Shown here in pieces: positions 49,117-61,048 of a DNA stretch of 64,000 nt. The notes beneath the pieces are model-generated. The model made no database searches and was not told the origin of the DNA. It saw only the letters and a list, made by a program, of their open reading frames with translations. This stretch comes from a bacterium (GTDB taxonomy: Bacteria; Patescibacteriota; Patescibacteriia; JACQRZ01). The position numbers and the translations under genes were made by a program. The stretch lies in the NCBI GenBank assembly GCA_030688365.1, contig JAUYIE010000003.1:30417-94416 (forward strand). Direction: 5' to 3'. How positions within the stretch are numbered: the stretch's first letter is position 1; every line of letters starts with the position of its first letter.

Positions 49117-51525
49117 ATGTACCCCCACAAGAAAATTGAGAAAAAATGGCAAGAGTATTGGGCTAAAAATCAGACCTTCCGCGCCAGCGAGTCAGAGAAT
49201 AAAGAAAAATGCTATATTCTAGACATGTTCCCTTATGCCTCCTCCGACGGTTTGCATGTTGGCCACCCACGAGGATACACTGCAACCGACATTTATAGCC
49301 GTTACCTTCGTATGTGTGGATACGATGTGCTCCATCCTATAGGGTGGGACGCATTTGGCTTACCGGCTGAAAACTTTGCCATCAAAAAAGGTATTCATCC
49401 TCATGAGACGACACAAAACAGCATCGCAAACTTTCATAAGCAAATCCAATCATTAGGTTTTTCATACGACTGGGATCGCGAGATTGATACGTCTTCTCCA
49501 CAATATTACAAATGGACACAGTGGCTATTTTTACAACTCTATAAAAAAGGACTTGCCTACAAAGCAAAAGCACCGGTCAATTGGTGTGAACATTGCCAGA
49601 CAGTGCTTGCAAACGAACAAGTCGTCGCTAACTGTTGTGAACGTTGCAAAAATCCGGTGATCCAAAAACTTCTTGAACAGTGGTTTTTTAAAGTAACGAA
49701 CTATGCTGATGAACTCATTACTGGACTAGATGATCTTGATTGGCCGGAGTCTATCAAAACTATACAGCGCAACTGGATTGGAAAAAGTGAAGGTGCCATT
49801 ATTACCTTTCCCATCAAAGATACAGATATTCTTATCCGTGCGTTTACTACGCGTGCTGATACGCTTTTTGGTGTTAGCGCACTGGTCATTGCCCCAGAAC
49901 ATCCACTATTGTCTTCCTTGAATATACACAATCAAGAAGAACTGGATGACTATATTGCCAAATCAAAACACAAAAGTGATCTTCAGCGCACTTTTCTGGA
50001 TAAAGAAAAAACAGGTGTACGTCTTGATGGTGTCAATGCAATCAACCCAGCAAACAATGAGGAAATTCCTATTTTTGTCGCTGACTATGTATTGGGATCC
50101 TATGGCACTGGCGCAATCATGTCAGTCCCCGCGCATGATGCACGCGACTTTGAGTTTGCAAAAAAGTATGATTTGCCAATCAAAGACGTCATCATGCCGT
50201 CAGTAGTAGAAGATAAAATCAGTGAGGCATACATAGGTGAAGGGGTTCTGGTCAACTCTGGAAAATTTGATGGCATGATATCGCAAGAAGCCCGCGTTGC
50301 CATTACAAAAAAAATAAAAGGTGAGACAACGACGACCTATCGCATGCGCGATTGGCTCGTATCCCGTCAGCGATACTGGGGATCACCGATCCCGATTATT
50401 AACTGTGAAAAGTGTGGCCTGGTACCAGTACCTGAAGTTGATTTGCCGGTCCTGCTTCCTACCGACGTTGATTTTCGTCCTACGGGGGAGTCGCCTCTTG
50501 TCGCCTCCAAAACATTCCACGACGTGAAATGTCCGACATGTAACTGTCCTGCCCGACGGGAATCTGACACCATGGACACATTTGTTTGTTCCAGTTGGTA
50601 CTATCTACGGTATATTTCCCCTCATGAAAACGATATTCCGTTTGATCAATCAGCTATCCAACATTGGATGCCGGTAGATTTGTATATCGGTGGAGTTGAA
50701 CATGCAGTACTGCATCTTCTCTATGCTCGCTTTATTACCAAAGCACTGCGTGACATGAAATTTTTGAAATTTGATGAGCCGTTTCTCAAGCTTCGTAATC
50801 AAGGAATGATCTTAGGCGAGGATGGGGAAAAGATGTCAAAATCACGTGGCAATGTCATCAATCCTGATACAATCAACGAAGAATATGGCGCAGACAGTCT
50901 GCGTATCTATGAAATGTTCCTCGGTCCGCTCAACGATGTCATGCCATGGAACACACGAAGTATTTCCGGTGTACGAAGATTTTTAGATAAAATTTGGACA
51001 ATGTATCACACAGCGATACATGCCGATCTTCCCGAAAAACAAACCGACCCCACGCTGATAAAAATCATCAATAAAACAATCAAAAAGGTTTCATCTGATA
51101 TAGAGTCTATGAGCTTTAACACCGCGATCAGTACCATGATGATCTGTGTCAACGCCATGCATAAAGTGCAGACCACCGGACATACAATTGCTCGCGATAC
51201 ACTGGAATCATTTGCGGTACTTCTCTCGCCGTTCGCCCCCCACATGGCGGAAGAACTCTGGGAACTGCTCGGACACGCTGATGGCATTACCTACACGACA
51301 TGGCCTGTATACGACGAAGCGCTAACCAAAGACATAACGGTTACTGTTGCAGTGCAGATCAATGGTAAATCACGCGGACAGATTTGTACACCACCTGACG
51401 CTACTCAAGATGAAGTACAAACTCTCGCCCTTGCTGATGAAGCAATCAAAAAATGGACAAACGGCAAAGAAATCAAAAAAGTAATTTTTGTCCCAGGACG
51501 CCTGATCAATTTTGTCATTATATAA
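49117..51525 (+). CDS. leuS: leucine-tRNA ligase
   Basis: MFPY...LHVGH, GWDAFGLPAEN, SRQRYWG, KMSKS. Confidence 0.98.
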   Translation: MYPHKKIEKKWQEYWAKNQTFRASESENKEKCYILDMFPYASSDGLHVGHPRGYTATDIYSRYLRMCGYDVLHPIGWDAFGLPAENFAIKKGIHPHETTQNSIANFHKQIQSLGFSYDWDREIDTSSPQYYKWTQWLFLQLYKKGLAYKAKAPVNWCEHCQTVLANEQVVANCCERCKNPVIQKLLEQWFFKVTNYADELITGLDDLDWPESIKTIQRNWIGKSEGAIITFPIKDTDILIRAFTTRADTLFGVSALVIAPEHPLLSSLNIHNQEELDDYIAKSKHKSDLQRTFLDKEKTGVRLDGVNAINPANNEEIPIFVADYVLGSYGTGAIMSVPAHDARDFEFAKKYDLPIKDVIMPSVVEDKISEAYIGEGVLVNSGKFDGMISQEARVAITKKIKGETTTTYRMRDWLVSRQRYWGSPIPIINCEKCGLVPVPEVDLPVLLPTDVDFRPTGESPLVASKTFHDVKCPTCNCPARRESDTMDTFVCSSWYYLRYISPHENDIPFDQSAIQHWMPVDLYIGGVEHAVLHLLYARFITKALRDMKFLKFDEPFLKLRNQGMILGEDGEKMSKSRGNVINPDTINEEYGADSLRIYEMFLGPLNDVMPWNTRSISGVRRFLDKIWTMYHTAIHADLPEKQTDPTLIKIINKTIKKVSSDIESMSFNTAISTMMICVNAMHKVQTTGHTIARDTLESFAVLLSPFAPHMAEELWELLGHADGITYTTWPVYDEALTKDITVTVAVQINGKSRGQICTPPDATQDEVQTLALADEAIKKWTNGKEIKKVIFVPGRLINFVII

Positions 51526-51542
51526 GTTATAATTCTATCCCT

Positions 51543-52787
51543 ATGCCCATGAGAGCACTCAAAGCCATCGACCCTACAATTGAATACCTTTTAAAAAAAG
51601 AATATCAACGCCAACAAAACACACTGTCATTGATTCCTTCGGAAAACATCGCAAGCAATGCGGTGATTGAAGCACTCGGATCAGTCGCAACCAACAAGTA
51701 TTCAGAAGGATATTCCGGCAAGCGATATTATGGTGGCAATGAAATCATTGACCGAATTGAAACTCTGGCGATAGAACGCGCAAAAAAAATGTTTGGCACC
51801 GAACATGCCAATGTACAAGCATACTCCGGATCCCCTGCCAATCAAGCAGTCTATATGGCGCTCCTGCAACCGGGTGATACTGTTGTAGGTATGGCACTTC
51901 CCGCAGGCGGACACCTGACACACGGATGGAAGGTAAGTTTTTCTGGAAAAAGCTATCGAGCGGTGCAATACGGCGTTGATAAAAACGGATATTTGGATTA
52001 CGACGAGATTGCTGATCTTGTACTCAAAGAAAAACCACAGCTAGTTATCTGTGGCGCGACCGCATATTCGCGTATCATTGATTTTAAAAAATTTAGACAG
52101 ATCGCAGATTCGGTCGGAGCATATTTACTTGCTGACATCTCACACATTTCCGGTCTTGTCGTTGGCGGGGTACACCCCAGCCCTGCACCCTATGCTGATG
52201 TCATCATGACAACAACACACAAAAGTCTCCGTGGACCGCGTGGTGCTCTTGTGATGGCTCGCTCTGCAGAAGTCGGCGTTAAAATAGACAAAGCAGTATT
52301 CCCTGGTTTGCAAGGAGGGCCACACAATCATCAAACTGCCGCAATAGCCGTATGTCTCAAAGAAGCAAACACGACTGAATTTAAATCATACGCAAAAAAA
52401 ATAATTGAAAATGCCAAGGTTCTCGCATCTGAACTTGAAAATTGTGATTTTTCTATTGTCACCGGTGGTACTGAAAATCATTTGTTCCTTATTGATCTTA
52501 CGAACAAAGGAGTAACAGGGCAAGAGGCGGAAGATGCACTAAGCACTGTTGGTATTATTGTAAATAAAAATATGGTTCCTGGGGATCCTCGTTCGCCGTT
52601 TGACCCTTCTGGCCTTCGCGTCGGTACGCCTTCAGTAACCACACGTGGATTGACGATCAAAGATATGAAGACACTTGCATCTATCATCAACGACGTTACG
52701 GTACAAAAACCTGATCGTTCAGTCCTGAAAAAAGCAAAAGATACCGTCAACGAACTCTGCAAACGATACCCCGCATATCCTCGATAA
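51543..52787 (+). CDS. glyA: serine hydroxymethyltransferase
   Basis: LIPSEN, NKYSEGY, GGHLTHG, TTHKSLRGPRG; probable ATG at 51543 or 51549. Confidence 0.97.
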   Translation: MPMRALKAIDPTIEYLLKKEYQRQQNTLSLIPSENIASNAVIEALGSVATNKYSEGYSGKRYYGGNEIIDRIETLAIERAKKMFGTEHANVQAYSGSPANQAVYMALLQPGDTVVGMALPAGGHLTHGWKVSFSGKSYRAVQYGVDKNGYLDYDEIADLVLKEKPQLVICGATAYSRIIDFKKFRQIADSVGAYLLADISHISGLVVGGVHPSPAPYADVIMTTTHKSLRGPRGALVMARSAEVGVKIDKAVFPGLQGGPHNHQTAAIAVCLKEANTTEFKSYAKKIIENAKVLASELENCDFSIVTGGTENHLFLIDLTNKGVTGQEAEDALSTVGIIVNKNMVPGDPRSPFDPSGLRVGTPSVTTRGLTIKDMKTLASIINDVTVQKPDRSVLKKAKDTVNELCKRYPAYPR

Positions 52788-52793
52788 ACATTT

Positions 52794-53828
52794 ATGAATC
52801 CACGTCCAAATATCTACCTATTTCACGGAAGCAACACATGGAGTATTCACCAAAAAACAAAAGCGTGGATTGGTGCGTTTGAAAAAAAATATGGGAACAT
52901 GAACAGTGCCAGCATTGATCTTGCAGGTAATGTACATGTTAAGAATATTTTGCCCATAATCCAAAAAAATCTCATATCCGACACTCTCTTTAGTACAACA
53001 TCATTTCTGCACCTTCGGGGACTTTTTTCAAAAACGTGTCCACCCGAAGTGCGCGATATGTTATCGGAAAAACTGCCGAGTACATCACCGACTGCATTTG
53101 TTGTCCTTGAAGATGAAATCATTGATAAACGACTTGGTGTCTATAAGATCCTGCAATCTCTTGAAACGTCAGGCAAATGCACCATGGAAGAGTTTGAAAT
53201 TCCTACCCAGGACAAATTAAAAAACTGGATCTTATCGTATTTGAAGCAATATGATATGTCCATTGAACCACTAGCACTTGCATTATTGTTAGAACATTTT
53301 GATCCCGACCATCCGTTTGATGATAAAAAAAATACTGATATACTGTGGGTACTCTCCGGAGAACTGCATAAGCTTGTTCATTTTACACAAGGACATACTG
53401 TCCACCGAGACGATGTGGAAATTTTAGTTTGTGCACCTGATAACGCGCATATTTTTAATTTTGTTGATGCGATTCTTGCTAAACAAAAAAGTCATGCATA
53501 CGAACTCGCCCATGCATTAGTATCTGCTTCTCCCTCACAAGTAAAATCGTCCGTCATCAACATCACCGGTATGCTCCGCTCGCAACTGCGATCACTGGTC
53601 ATCATCAAAAGTATGAAACAAACGCAACTGGATGAGGCAACGATGGCAAAACAATTGGGATGGAATCCAAAACGTGTGTGGGTGGTATCACGCAAAACTT
53701 CCAATCTGACACTCGCACAACTCACGCATATGTACCGTAGTCTCTTGTCATTTGATGAATATATAAAACTTTATTCAACACCAGCCGACGCAAGTCTGGA
53801 CATCCTCATCGCTCAGCTGGTGGGGTAG
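52794..53828 (+). CDS. holA: DNA polymerase III delta subunit
   Basis: IYLFHG N-terminus, ELHKL, IFNFVDAI; adjacent to rpsT as is usual. Confidence 0.85.
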   Translation: MNPRPNIYLFHGSNTWSIHQKTKAWIGAFEKKYGNMNSASIDLAGNVHVKNILPIIQKNLISDTLFSTTSFLHLRGLFSKTCPPEVRDMLSEKLPSTSPTAFVVLEDEIIDKRLGVYKILQSLETSGKCTMEEFEIPTQDKLKNWILSYLKQYDMSIEPLALALLLEHFDPDHPFDDKKNTDILWVLSGELHKLVHFTQGHTVHRDDVEILVCAPDNAHIFNFVDAILAKQKSHAYELAHALVSASPSQVKSSVINITGMLRSQLRSLVIIKSMKQTQLDEATMAKQLGWNPKRVWVVSRKTSNLTLAQLTHMYRSLLSFDEYIKLYSTPADASLDILIAQLVG

Positions 53829-53956
53829 ACTTTTATTTCAAAATCTTCCCTGTAAATTTCGTTATATCTGAAATACGTCTTCCCTCTTTTGACAATCTTA
53901 ATTACTAATAAAAACACCCTCATTGCGCCCGCTGGCGGATGAAGGTATTTTACTCT

Positions 53957-54223
53957 CTACTTTCCCATCTCGTTCACCCTCTTTGAAAGCCGTGATTTAT
54001 TCCGTGATGCGGTGTTCTTTTTGATAACGTTCTTAAGTGCCGCTTTGTCCAAAAACTTTACCAACTGTGCGAACCAATCCTTTGCTTTTGTTACATCTTT
54101 TGCGGTGATACTCTTGAGGAGCTGTCGCTTAAGATAGGTAATGTTTTTTTTGACTGCTATGTTGCGCTCTGTTCGCTTCGTGGTTTGGCGCAAGTGCTTA
54201 ATTGCTGACGGTGTGTGTGCCAT
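53957..54223 (-). CDS. rpsT: 30S ribosomal protein S20
   Basis: SAIKHLRQ...N...DKAA...KNTASRNKSRL. Confidence 0.96.
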   Translation of the reverse strand: MAHTPSAIKHLRQTTKRTERNIAVKKNITYLKRQLLKSITAKDVTKAKDWFAQLVKFLDKAALKNVIKKNTASRNKSRLSKRVNEMGK

Positions 54224-54253
54224 AATGTATAAAAATAATAACTCAAAAATGTA

Positions 54254-54334
54254 TTATCGATATCGTAAACTAGCGATGGTCTTGCCTCGTTTCTTCTGTT
54301 GCTTCCGCTGTGCGACCTTTTTCTTTTTATTCAT
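54254..54334 (-). CDS. 26-aa highly basic peptide MNKKKKVAQRKQQKKRGKTIASLRYR (not in the ORF track)
   Basis: ATG at 54334 preceded by GAGGA, TAA at 54256-54254; lies between tRNA-Asp and rpsT on the same strand. Confidence 0.5.
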   Translation of the reverse strand: MNKKKKVAQRKQQKKRGKTIASLRYR

Positions 54335-54364
54335 ACTTCCTCATGGTTTATTTACAAAGTGATC

Positions 54365-54441
54365 TGGCGGACCGGACGGGACTCGAACCCGCAACTTCCG
54401 CCGTGACAGGGCGGTGCTCTAACCAATTGAACTACCGATCC
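54365..54441 (-). tRNA. tRNA-Asp(GTC)
   Basis: GGATCGGTAGTTCAATTGGTTAGAGC, CCGCC-CTGTCAC-GGCGG, GGTTCGAGTCC, CCA end. Confidence 0.96.
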
Positions 54442-54463
54442 ATAACGCCCTCGCAGGCAAAAA

Positions 54464-55327
54464 CTATAGGGATAGTGTATCAGATTCCCGCCGATCATGC
54501 AAGAGGCGACCTGCTATCAATATGATCCCCGCTAATATAATCGCAAGACAAATCCATTGAGGTAGGCGTAGGCCTGCAAATACCGGCACTAGGTCAATAC
54601 GAAGAAATTCAATGAGAAAACGTCCAAGGGAATAAACAACGGCATACCCCAAAAATATCACCCCAAAGTGCATAAATCTCGCCTCTTTCTTGACGTTTTT
54701 AGCCAGACGAAACAATACCACGCGCGTCGCGATAAATAGTACGATAAAAAGCACTAATGAAAACACTGACTCATACAAAAATGTCGGATGAAACTGTGAA
54801 AATCCCTCATAGCCAGTCGCCCGCCGTGCGAACTCAATCGGAATACCCCATGCCAAATGCGTCGGTAGCCCGTACGCTTCTTGGTTGAAATAGTTGCCCC
54901 ATCGGCCGATCGCTTGCCCCAACACAAGTCCTGGCGAGATCATATCTACCATCAACCAAAACGGTAACTTATGTCGCCGACAATACACAAACGCCACCAC
55001 GATACCTGCCAAAAATGCCCCATGCCATACCCATCCGCCATGCCATAGGGCAAGGACCTCCCATGGTTGCGTGATAAAAAAATCAATATTATAAAAAACG
55101 TAAAACAAACGCGACGCGATGATGCCAAACACTAATAACCAAAAAAATAAATAATCCACGTGCACCATCAACGGACGATCCAATACTTTTTCATACTGTC
55201 GCGCGAGATAGAGGGTAATAAAATACCCAAGAACAATAGCTACACCAAGAAGCACGCTATAGGTGTATACCGTAAACGAACCGATTTGAAATAATATCTC
55301 CGGAGGAATGTAATTCCAAAAGGACAT
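54464..55327 (-). CDS. lgt: prolipoprotein diacylglyceryl transferase
   Basis: [40 protein letters not shown]. Confidence 0.96.
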   Translation of the reverse strand: MSFWNYIPPEILFQIGSFTVYTYSVLLGVAIVLGYFITLYLARQYEKVLDRPLMVHVDYLFFWLLVFGIIASRLFYVFYNIDFFITQPWEVLALWHGGWVWHGAFLAGIVVAFVYCRRHKLPFWLMVDMISPGLVLGQAIGRWGNYFNQEAYGLPTHLAWGIPIEFARRATGYEGFSQFHPTFLYESVFSLVLFIVLFIATRVVLFRLAKNVKKEARFMHFGVIFLGYAVVYSLGRFLIEFLRIDLVPVFAGLRLPQWICLAIILAGIILIAGRLLHDRRESDTLSL

Positions 55328-55390
55328 AGTTTGACGGAAAAAAAATTAACCTACTAAATAGCAATTATGTGCTACCTAGTAGGTATTATA

Positions 55391-55756
55391 TCAAACAGTT
55401 ACCAAATCTGTAACTGATTTTGTACTTAATAAGTGACGGTACGTCCTTTGTACCCGATCCTGTTCCCATCTGAGATCTCCTAATAATTTCTTCACGGCCA
55501 CGAGATACTCACGGCCAAGATCAGATCTTATTACTTTTCCAAAATAGATGGTTTGGTGGACTTCGCCGTGTGTAGAAGATAGAAAGGAAAAATATTCCTT
55601 ACATTTATTTTCCAGTTCAACCCGATAACTCTTTGAGTTCATTCCATGGAGCTCTTCGATCTTTTTCATACTTTCCTTACAAACGGCAAATTCATCTGTT
55701 CTCATCTGTACGAAATCTAAACTTACAGGTTTGTTTTTTGTTACTACTGCTAGCAT
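55391..55756 (-). CDS. hypothetical protein
   Basis: 121 aa, AGGAGG SD, own terminator hairpin at ~55349-55384. Confidence 0.6.
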   Translation of the reverse strand: MLAVVTKNKPVSLDFVQMRTDEFAVCKESMKKIEELHGMNSKSYRVELENKCKEYFSFLSSTHGEVHQTIYFGKVIRSDLGREYLVAVKKLLGDLRWEQDRVQRTYRHLLSTKSVTDLVTV

Positions 55757-55973
55757 TCATTTCCTCCTAAAAGGACTTATAATAATCGTGTAATGTACAA
55801 TGCGACTTATTACTACATCGCGTTTGATATCACTCACGCAGACTACACTGTATAAAAAATTCGGTCAAGAGGGTAAATAACATTTTTTAAAATATAAAAA
55901 AACAATCTACTATACGTGAATAAATAATATAGTAGACGTTGTAACGCATTTTTAAGCGCTTAAGGAACGCTTT

Positions 55974-56315
55974 TTATAGCATAGATGGATAACAGACCAA
56001 CATCAAATTGCTTTTCAGAAACTTCTCAATATTTACAGCGTAATCAATCACTTGATCACTCTTATTAAGAATTCTCTTGGGCAATGACTCGGGACCTGGT
56101 GTATAGACGAGCGTATTGAAAAGACTTTTAATAATCTTTACAACTTTTCGTAACAAGCGTTTCATATATTTCTCATATATAAAAACTTGACCCCAATCCC
56201 CTTGTACCATGACTTGTGTCAAAGTAGCTAACGCGTCTGTCGCTTTTTTTTCCAGTATCTTCAGTGTGCTTTCTTTTTTTTTTATTTGTTGTTCAATTTG
56301 TTTACAACAATTCAT
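55974..56315 (-). CDS. hypothetical helical protein
   Basis: 113 aa, AAGGAG SD, own terminator hairpin at ~55902-55942. Confidence 0.55.
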   Translation of the reverse strand: MNCCKQIEQQIKKKESTLKILEKKATDALATLTQVMVQGDWGQVFIYEKYMKRLLRKVVKIIKSLFNTLVYTPGPESLPKRILNKSDQVIDYAVNIEKFLKSNLMLVCYPSML

Positions 56316-56444
56316 CGATAACGGTCTCCTTAAATTTATAATATATTCTATGCTTTTTTAAATGTACGATAGCTCTTATTTATAGACCGAGCTCCTCCTT
56401 TCTTTCCTTGTCTATTCTTTGATATCCATAGTTGTTACCCTACA

Positions 56445-57827
56445 TTACCCCAAGATTTTCGTCAAGTGCACAACTGACACTTTCTCAATAGAATACCCTT
56501 TTTTATTGAAAAATACGACAAAATTCTTTTTTGTCGCACGAGAAATAGCAACGACATTTTTTATAAGCTGACCGGCGGTTTCTACCGGATAGACACCGCG
56601 ATACAGATTCAATCGACCGCGCAAGACACGATTTTTTGCGAGTACCATGATCGGCACGTGCTGGCGCAATGATGAAAGAAACGACAAAGTCTCCAAGGAG
56701 ATATCACGACAAACAACCATCGCGATCTTATTGCTCGTAATCACATTGCAGACTTCTTCGGCCGAGTGTGCCATGCTCGCCACCCCGGAATGGGGACACG
56801 GCAAGTCTCCATATTCAGAGTTTTCCGACGCTTCAATTGTTGCGTTCATCATTGCCACTGCTTCAAGTGGATATTCACCATTGGCGCTTTCACCCGATAA
56901 CATGGTCGCATCTGTGTGATCAAACACCGCATGAGCGACATCCGACACTTCCGCGCGCGTAGGCCGAGGATTTGAAATCATACTCTCAAGCATTTGTGTC
57001 GCGACGATCATAGGCTTGCCGGCAGAAATACAAGATCGTATGAGATTTTTTTGAATAATAGGCACTTGCGATGCAGGCATCTCTATACCCAAATCACCAC
57101 GCGCGACCATGATAGCATCCACTTCCTTAATAATACTCGCGATATTTTTCACTGCCTCCACTCGTTCGATCTTTGCAATAATTCCGGGGATAGTTTTGTT
57201 GCGCTGTAACATATATGCACGAAAATCTTTCACTTCCTGTGCGTTTTTCACAAATGACATCGCGACATACGAGACTTTTTGCTGGATTCCAAACAATACG
57301 TCCTTTTTATCTTTATCAGTGATGGCGGGTGCTTGCAATGTCGCCCCGGGAACATTGATACCTTTGTGAGATTTTATAATCCCCGGCACTTCTACTATTG
57401 TAGTAATGATATGGCCTTTGATGTTCGTGATTTTTAAATCAATCGTACCGTCTGCGATCAATATATGTTGTCCTTTTTTGACGTCCTTATAAAGACGTTC
57501 ATATTGACATGAAATTGTATTCTTCATGTCATCAGAAAACTTTGATGCAGGCACGACCATAAGCTTTTGTCCTTTTTTCAAATGAATATCTTCCGGCAAA
57601 TCCCCTACACGAATGCGAGGACCTTGAAGATCTTGAATAATACCAATGTCCGTATGCAATTCTTTTTCCAATTTGCGAATTATTTTAATAATCGCCCCAT
57701 GACTCTCATACGTTCCATGAGAAAAATTTAACCGAGCGACGTTCATCCCCACTTTCACCATTTTTTTGAGCATCACATAGTTATCAGATGACGGTCCGAT
57801 AGTACAGACGATTTTTGTACGTTTCAT
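56445..57827 (-). CDS. pyk: pyruvate kinase
   Basis: [43 protein letters not shown]. Confidence 0.97.
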   Translation of the reverse strand: MKRTKIVCTIGPSSDNYVMLKKMVKVGMNVARLNFSHGTYESHGAIIKIIRKLEKELHTDIGIIQDLQGPRIRVGDLPEDIHLKKGQKLMVVPASKFSDDMKNTISCQYERLYKDVKKGQHILIADGTIDLKITNIKGHIITTIVEVPGIIKSHKGINVPGATLQAPAITDKDKKDVLFGIQQKVSYVAMSFVKNAQEVKDFRAYMLQRNKTIPGIIAKIERVEAVKNIASIIKEVDAIMVARGDLGIEMPASQVPIIQKNLIRSCISAGKPMIVATQMLESMISNPRPTRAEVSDVAHAVFDHTDATMLSGESANGEYPLEAVAMMNATIEASENSEYGDLPCPHSGVASMAHSAEEVCNVITSNKIAMVVCRDISLETLSFLSSLRQHVPIMVLAKNRVLRGRLNLYRGVYPVETAGQLIKNVVAISRATKKNFVVFFNKKGYSIEKVSVVHLTKILG

Positions 57828-57864
57828 AAGATGCAGTCTTTATAATACATATATAATAGCACAC

Positions 57865-57895
57865 AAAAAACCGCCCCAAAAGGAGCGGATTTTTC
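57865..57895 (-). terminator. intrinsic terminator of groEL
   Basis: Minus strand reads ATCCGCTCC-TTTT-GGGGCGGTTTTTT. Confidence 0.75.
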
Positions 57896-57913
57896 TTTGC
57901 CTCAAGAAATCTC

Positions 57914-59868
<1,955 letters not shown>

Positions 59869-59927
59869 ACAATCGCAAAAAACTTAATAATTAAAACGTT
59901 AAATACGTGATACAAAAATACCCCTGT

Positions 59928-59954
59928 TTAGCAGTGTTGTCAAGAGTGTGCTAA
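59928..59954 (-). promoter_or_regulatory. degenerate CIRCE (HrcA operator) containing a TTGACA -35 box
   Basis: Minus strand TTAGCACAC-tcTTGACAa-CACTGCTAA versus consensus TTAGCACTC-N9-GAGTGCTAA, ~60 nt upstream of groES. Confidence 0.7.
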
Positions 59955-59976
59955 AAACAGGGGTAAAAACAAAAAC

Positions 59977-60516
59977 CTATCTCACTGGCACTGTCTCACC
60001 TGGTGCAGGAACAATAGGTTCAGATAGTTGTTGCCATTTCCCATCAATGAATATCTTGGCATCCATAGGATCCTTGTCCCCGTCAAACGGCGGATAAAAA
60101 TCAGGGTCAATAGTTCTGTCAAAACATACCGTCCCTATCTCGTGTGCCCAACTTTCGTCTCGTCCATAGTAATTATTACCATCACCTTTTGTTTCAAAGG
60201 TCGCACAAAGTTGAAATTGCAAAGGACTCGCGGTTATATATTGATATGACTCCTTTGTTTGCGGATCAGTCGGTATAACAACACTTCGTGTCGCATCATT
60301 CAGAGAGGTCAAAGAGGATGGTAGCGTCCTTTTGGCTTGCCAGAAACTGATAATATCATTTTCTAGCATACCAAGATCATTTACTCGCTGTTGATCGCGC
60401 AATCGAGCTCGTTCTTTTCCTGGAGTGCCTACCGTTACCAATCCCACAATAATCGTTGCCAAAACCAAAACACATGCGGTAATCCCAATAATGAAATTAA
60501 TCTTAGTGGGTTGCAT
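59977..60516 (-). CDS. membrane-anchored protein with a pseudopilin-like segment
   Basis: TM helix, then ARLRDQQRVNDL...LP..L...PTDPQT..Y.Y...FQLCATFE. Confidence 0.6.
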   Translation of the reverse strand: MQPTKINFIIGITACVLVLATIIVGLVTVGTPGKERARLRDQQRVNDLGMLENDIISFWQAKRTLPSSLTSLNDATRSVVIPTDPQTKESYQYITASPLQFQLCATFETKGDGNNYYGRDESWAHEIGTVCFDRTIDPDFYPPFDGDKDPMDAKIFIDGKWQQLSEPIVPAPGETVPVR

Positions 60517-61024
60517 AGCGTTTGAGATTTCCTAAATAATACGCACCAACACCCAATGCGACAATCAATACAGTAAATGCCTTAATTGCAAATCGAATCG
60601 TTGTTTCACCGCTGAGTAATGTATTTATTATCACAACAAGGTTGATAAGGAGAGTGAGACTCACTGCAAAAAGAATAAAATAGATAAGTCCTTTACGGAT
60701 ACCTGTCATTGCTCGAGCGGGATCAGCTTTAAATATTTTCTCACCATACCAAATACTCCAAATATATGCAGGAAAAAATACAATCAACGTAGCTAATGCA
60801 CTGCGTATCGCATAGGTACTATAGTCCCCGCCCATCCCATAGCCGGGAAGTGGAAAACTGTTGTTGACCAACTGAAATACCAATGTGATCAAACTAGTGA
60901 TTGAGGTAATCAACACCACAAGACTAAACAATTGTAAGAAAAAATCTCGCGAGGTACTTTTGTGTAACACCGTAGGTTGTGTCGTCGTCAAGACAGGTTC
61001 GTCCATAAAAATTGTAGATAACAA
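60503..61024 (-). CDS. 4-TM membrane protein, DUF5671-like
   Basis: RDFFLQL, IRSALATLIVFFP, IRKGLIYFILF. Confidence 0.65.
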   Translation of the reverse strand: MLSTIFMDEPVLTTTQPTVLHKSTSRDFFLQLFSLVVLITSITSLITLVFQLVNNSFPLPGYGMGGDYSTYAIRSALATLIVFFPAYIWSIWYGEKIFKADPARAMTGIRKGLIYFILFAVSLTLLINLVVIINTLLSGETTIRFAIKAFTVLIVALGVGAYYLGNLKRYATH

Positions 61025-61048
61025 ATTATATATTAATAGTACCCCTAT

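Noticed and set aside
55330-55975. Integron attC cassettes
   Set aside because: The hairpins end in T-runs like terminators and lack RYYYAAC/GTTRRRY ends. No integron integrase is present.
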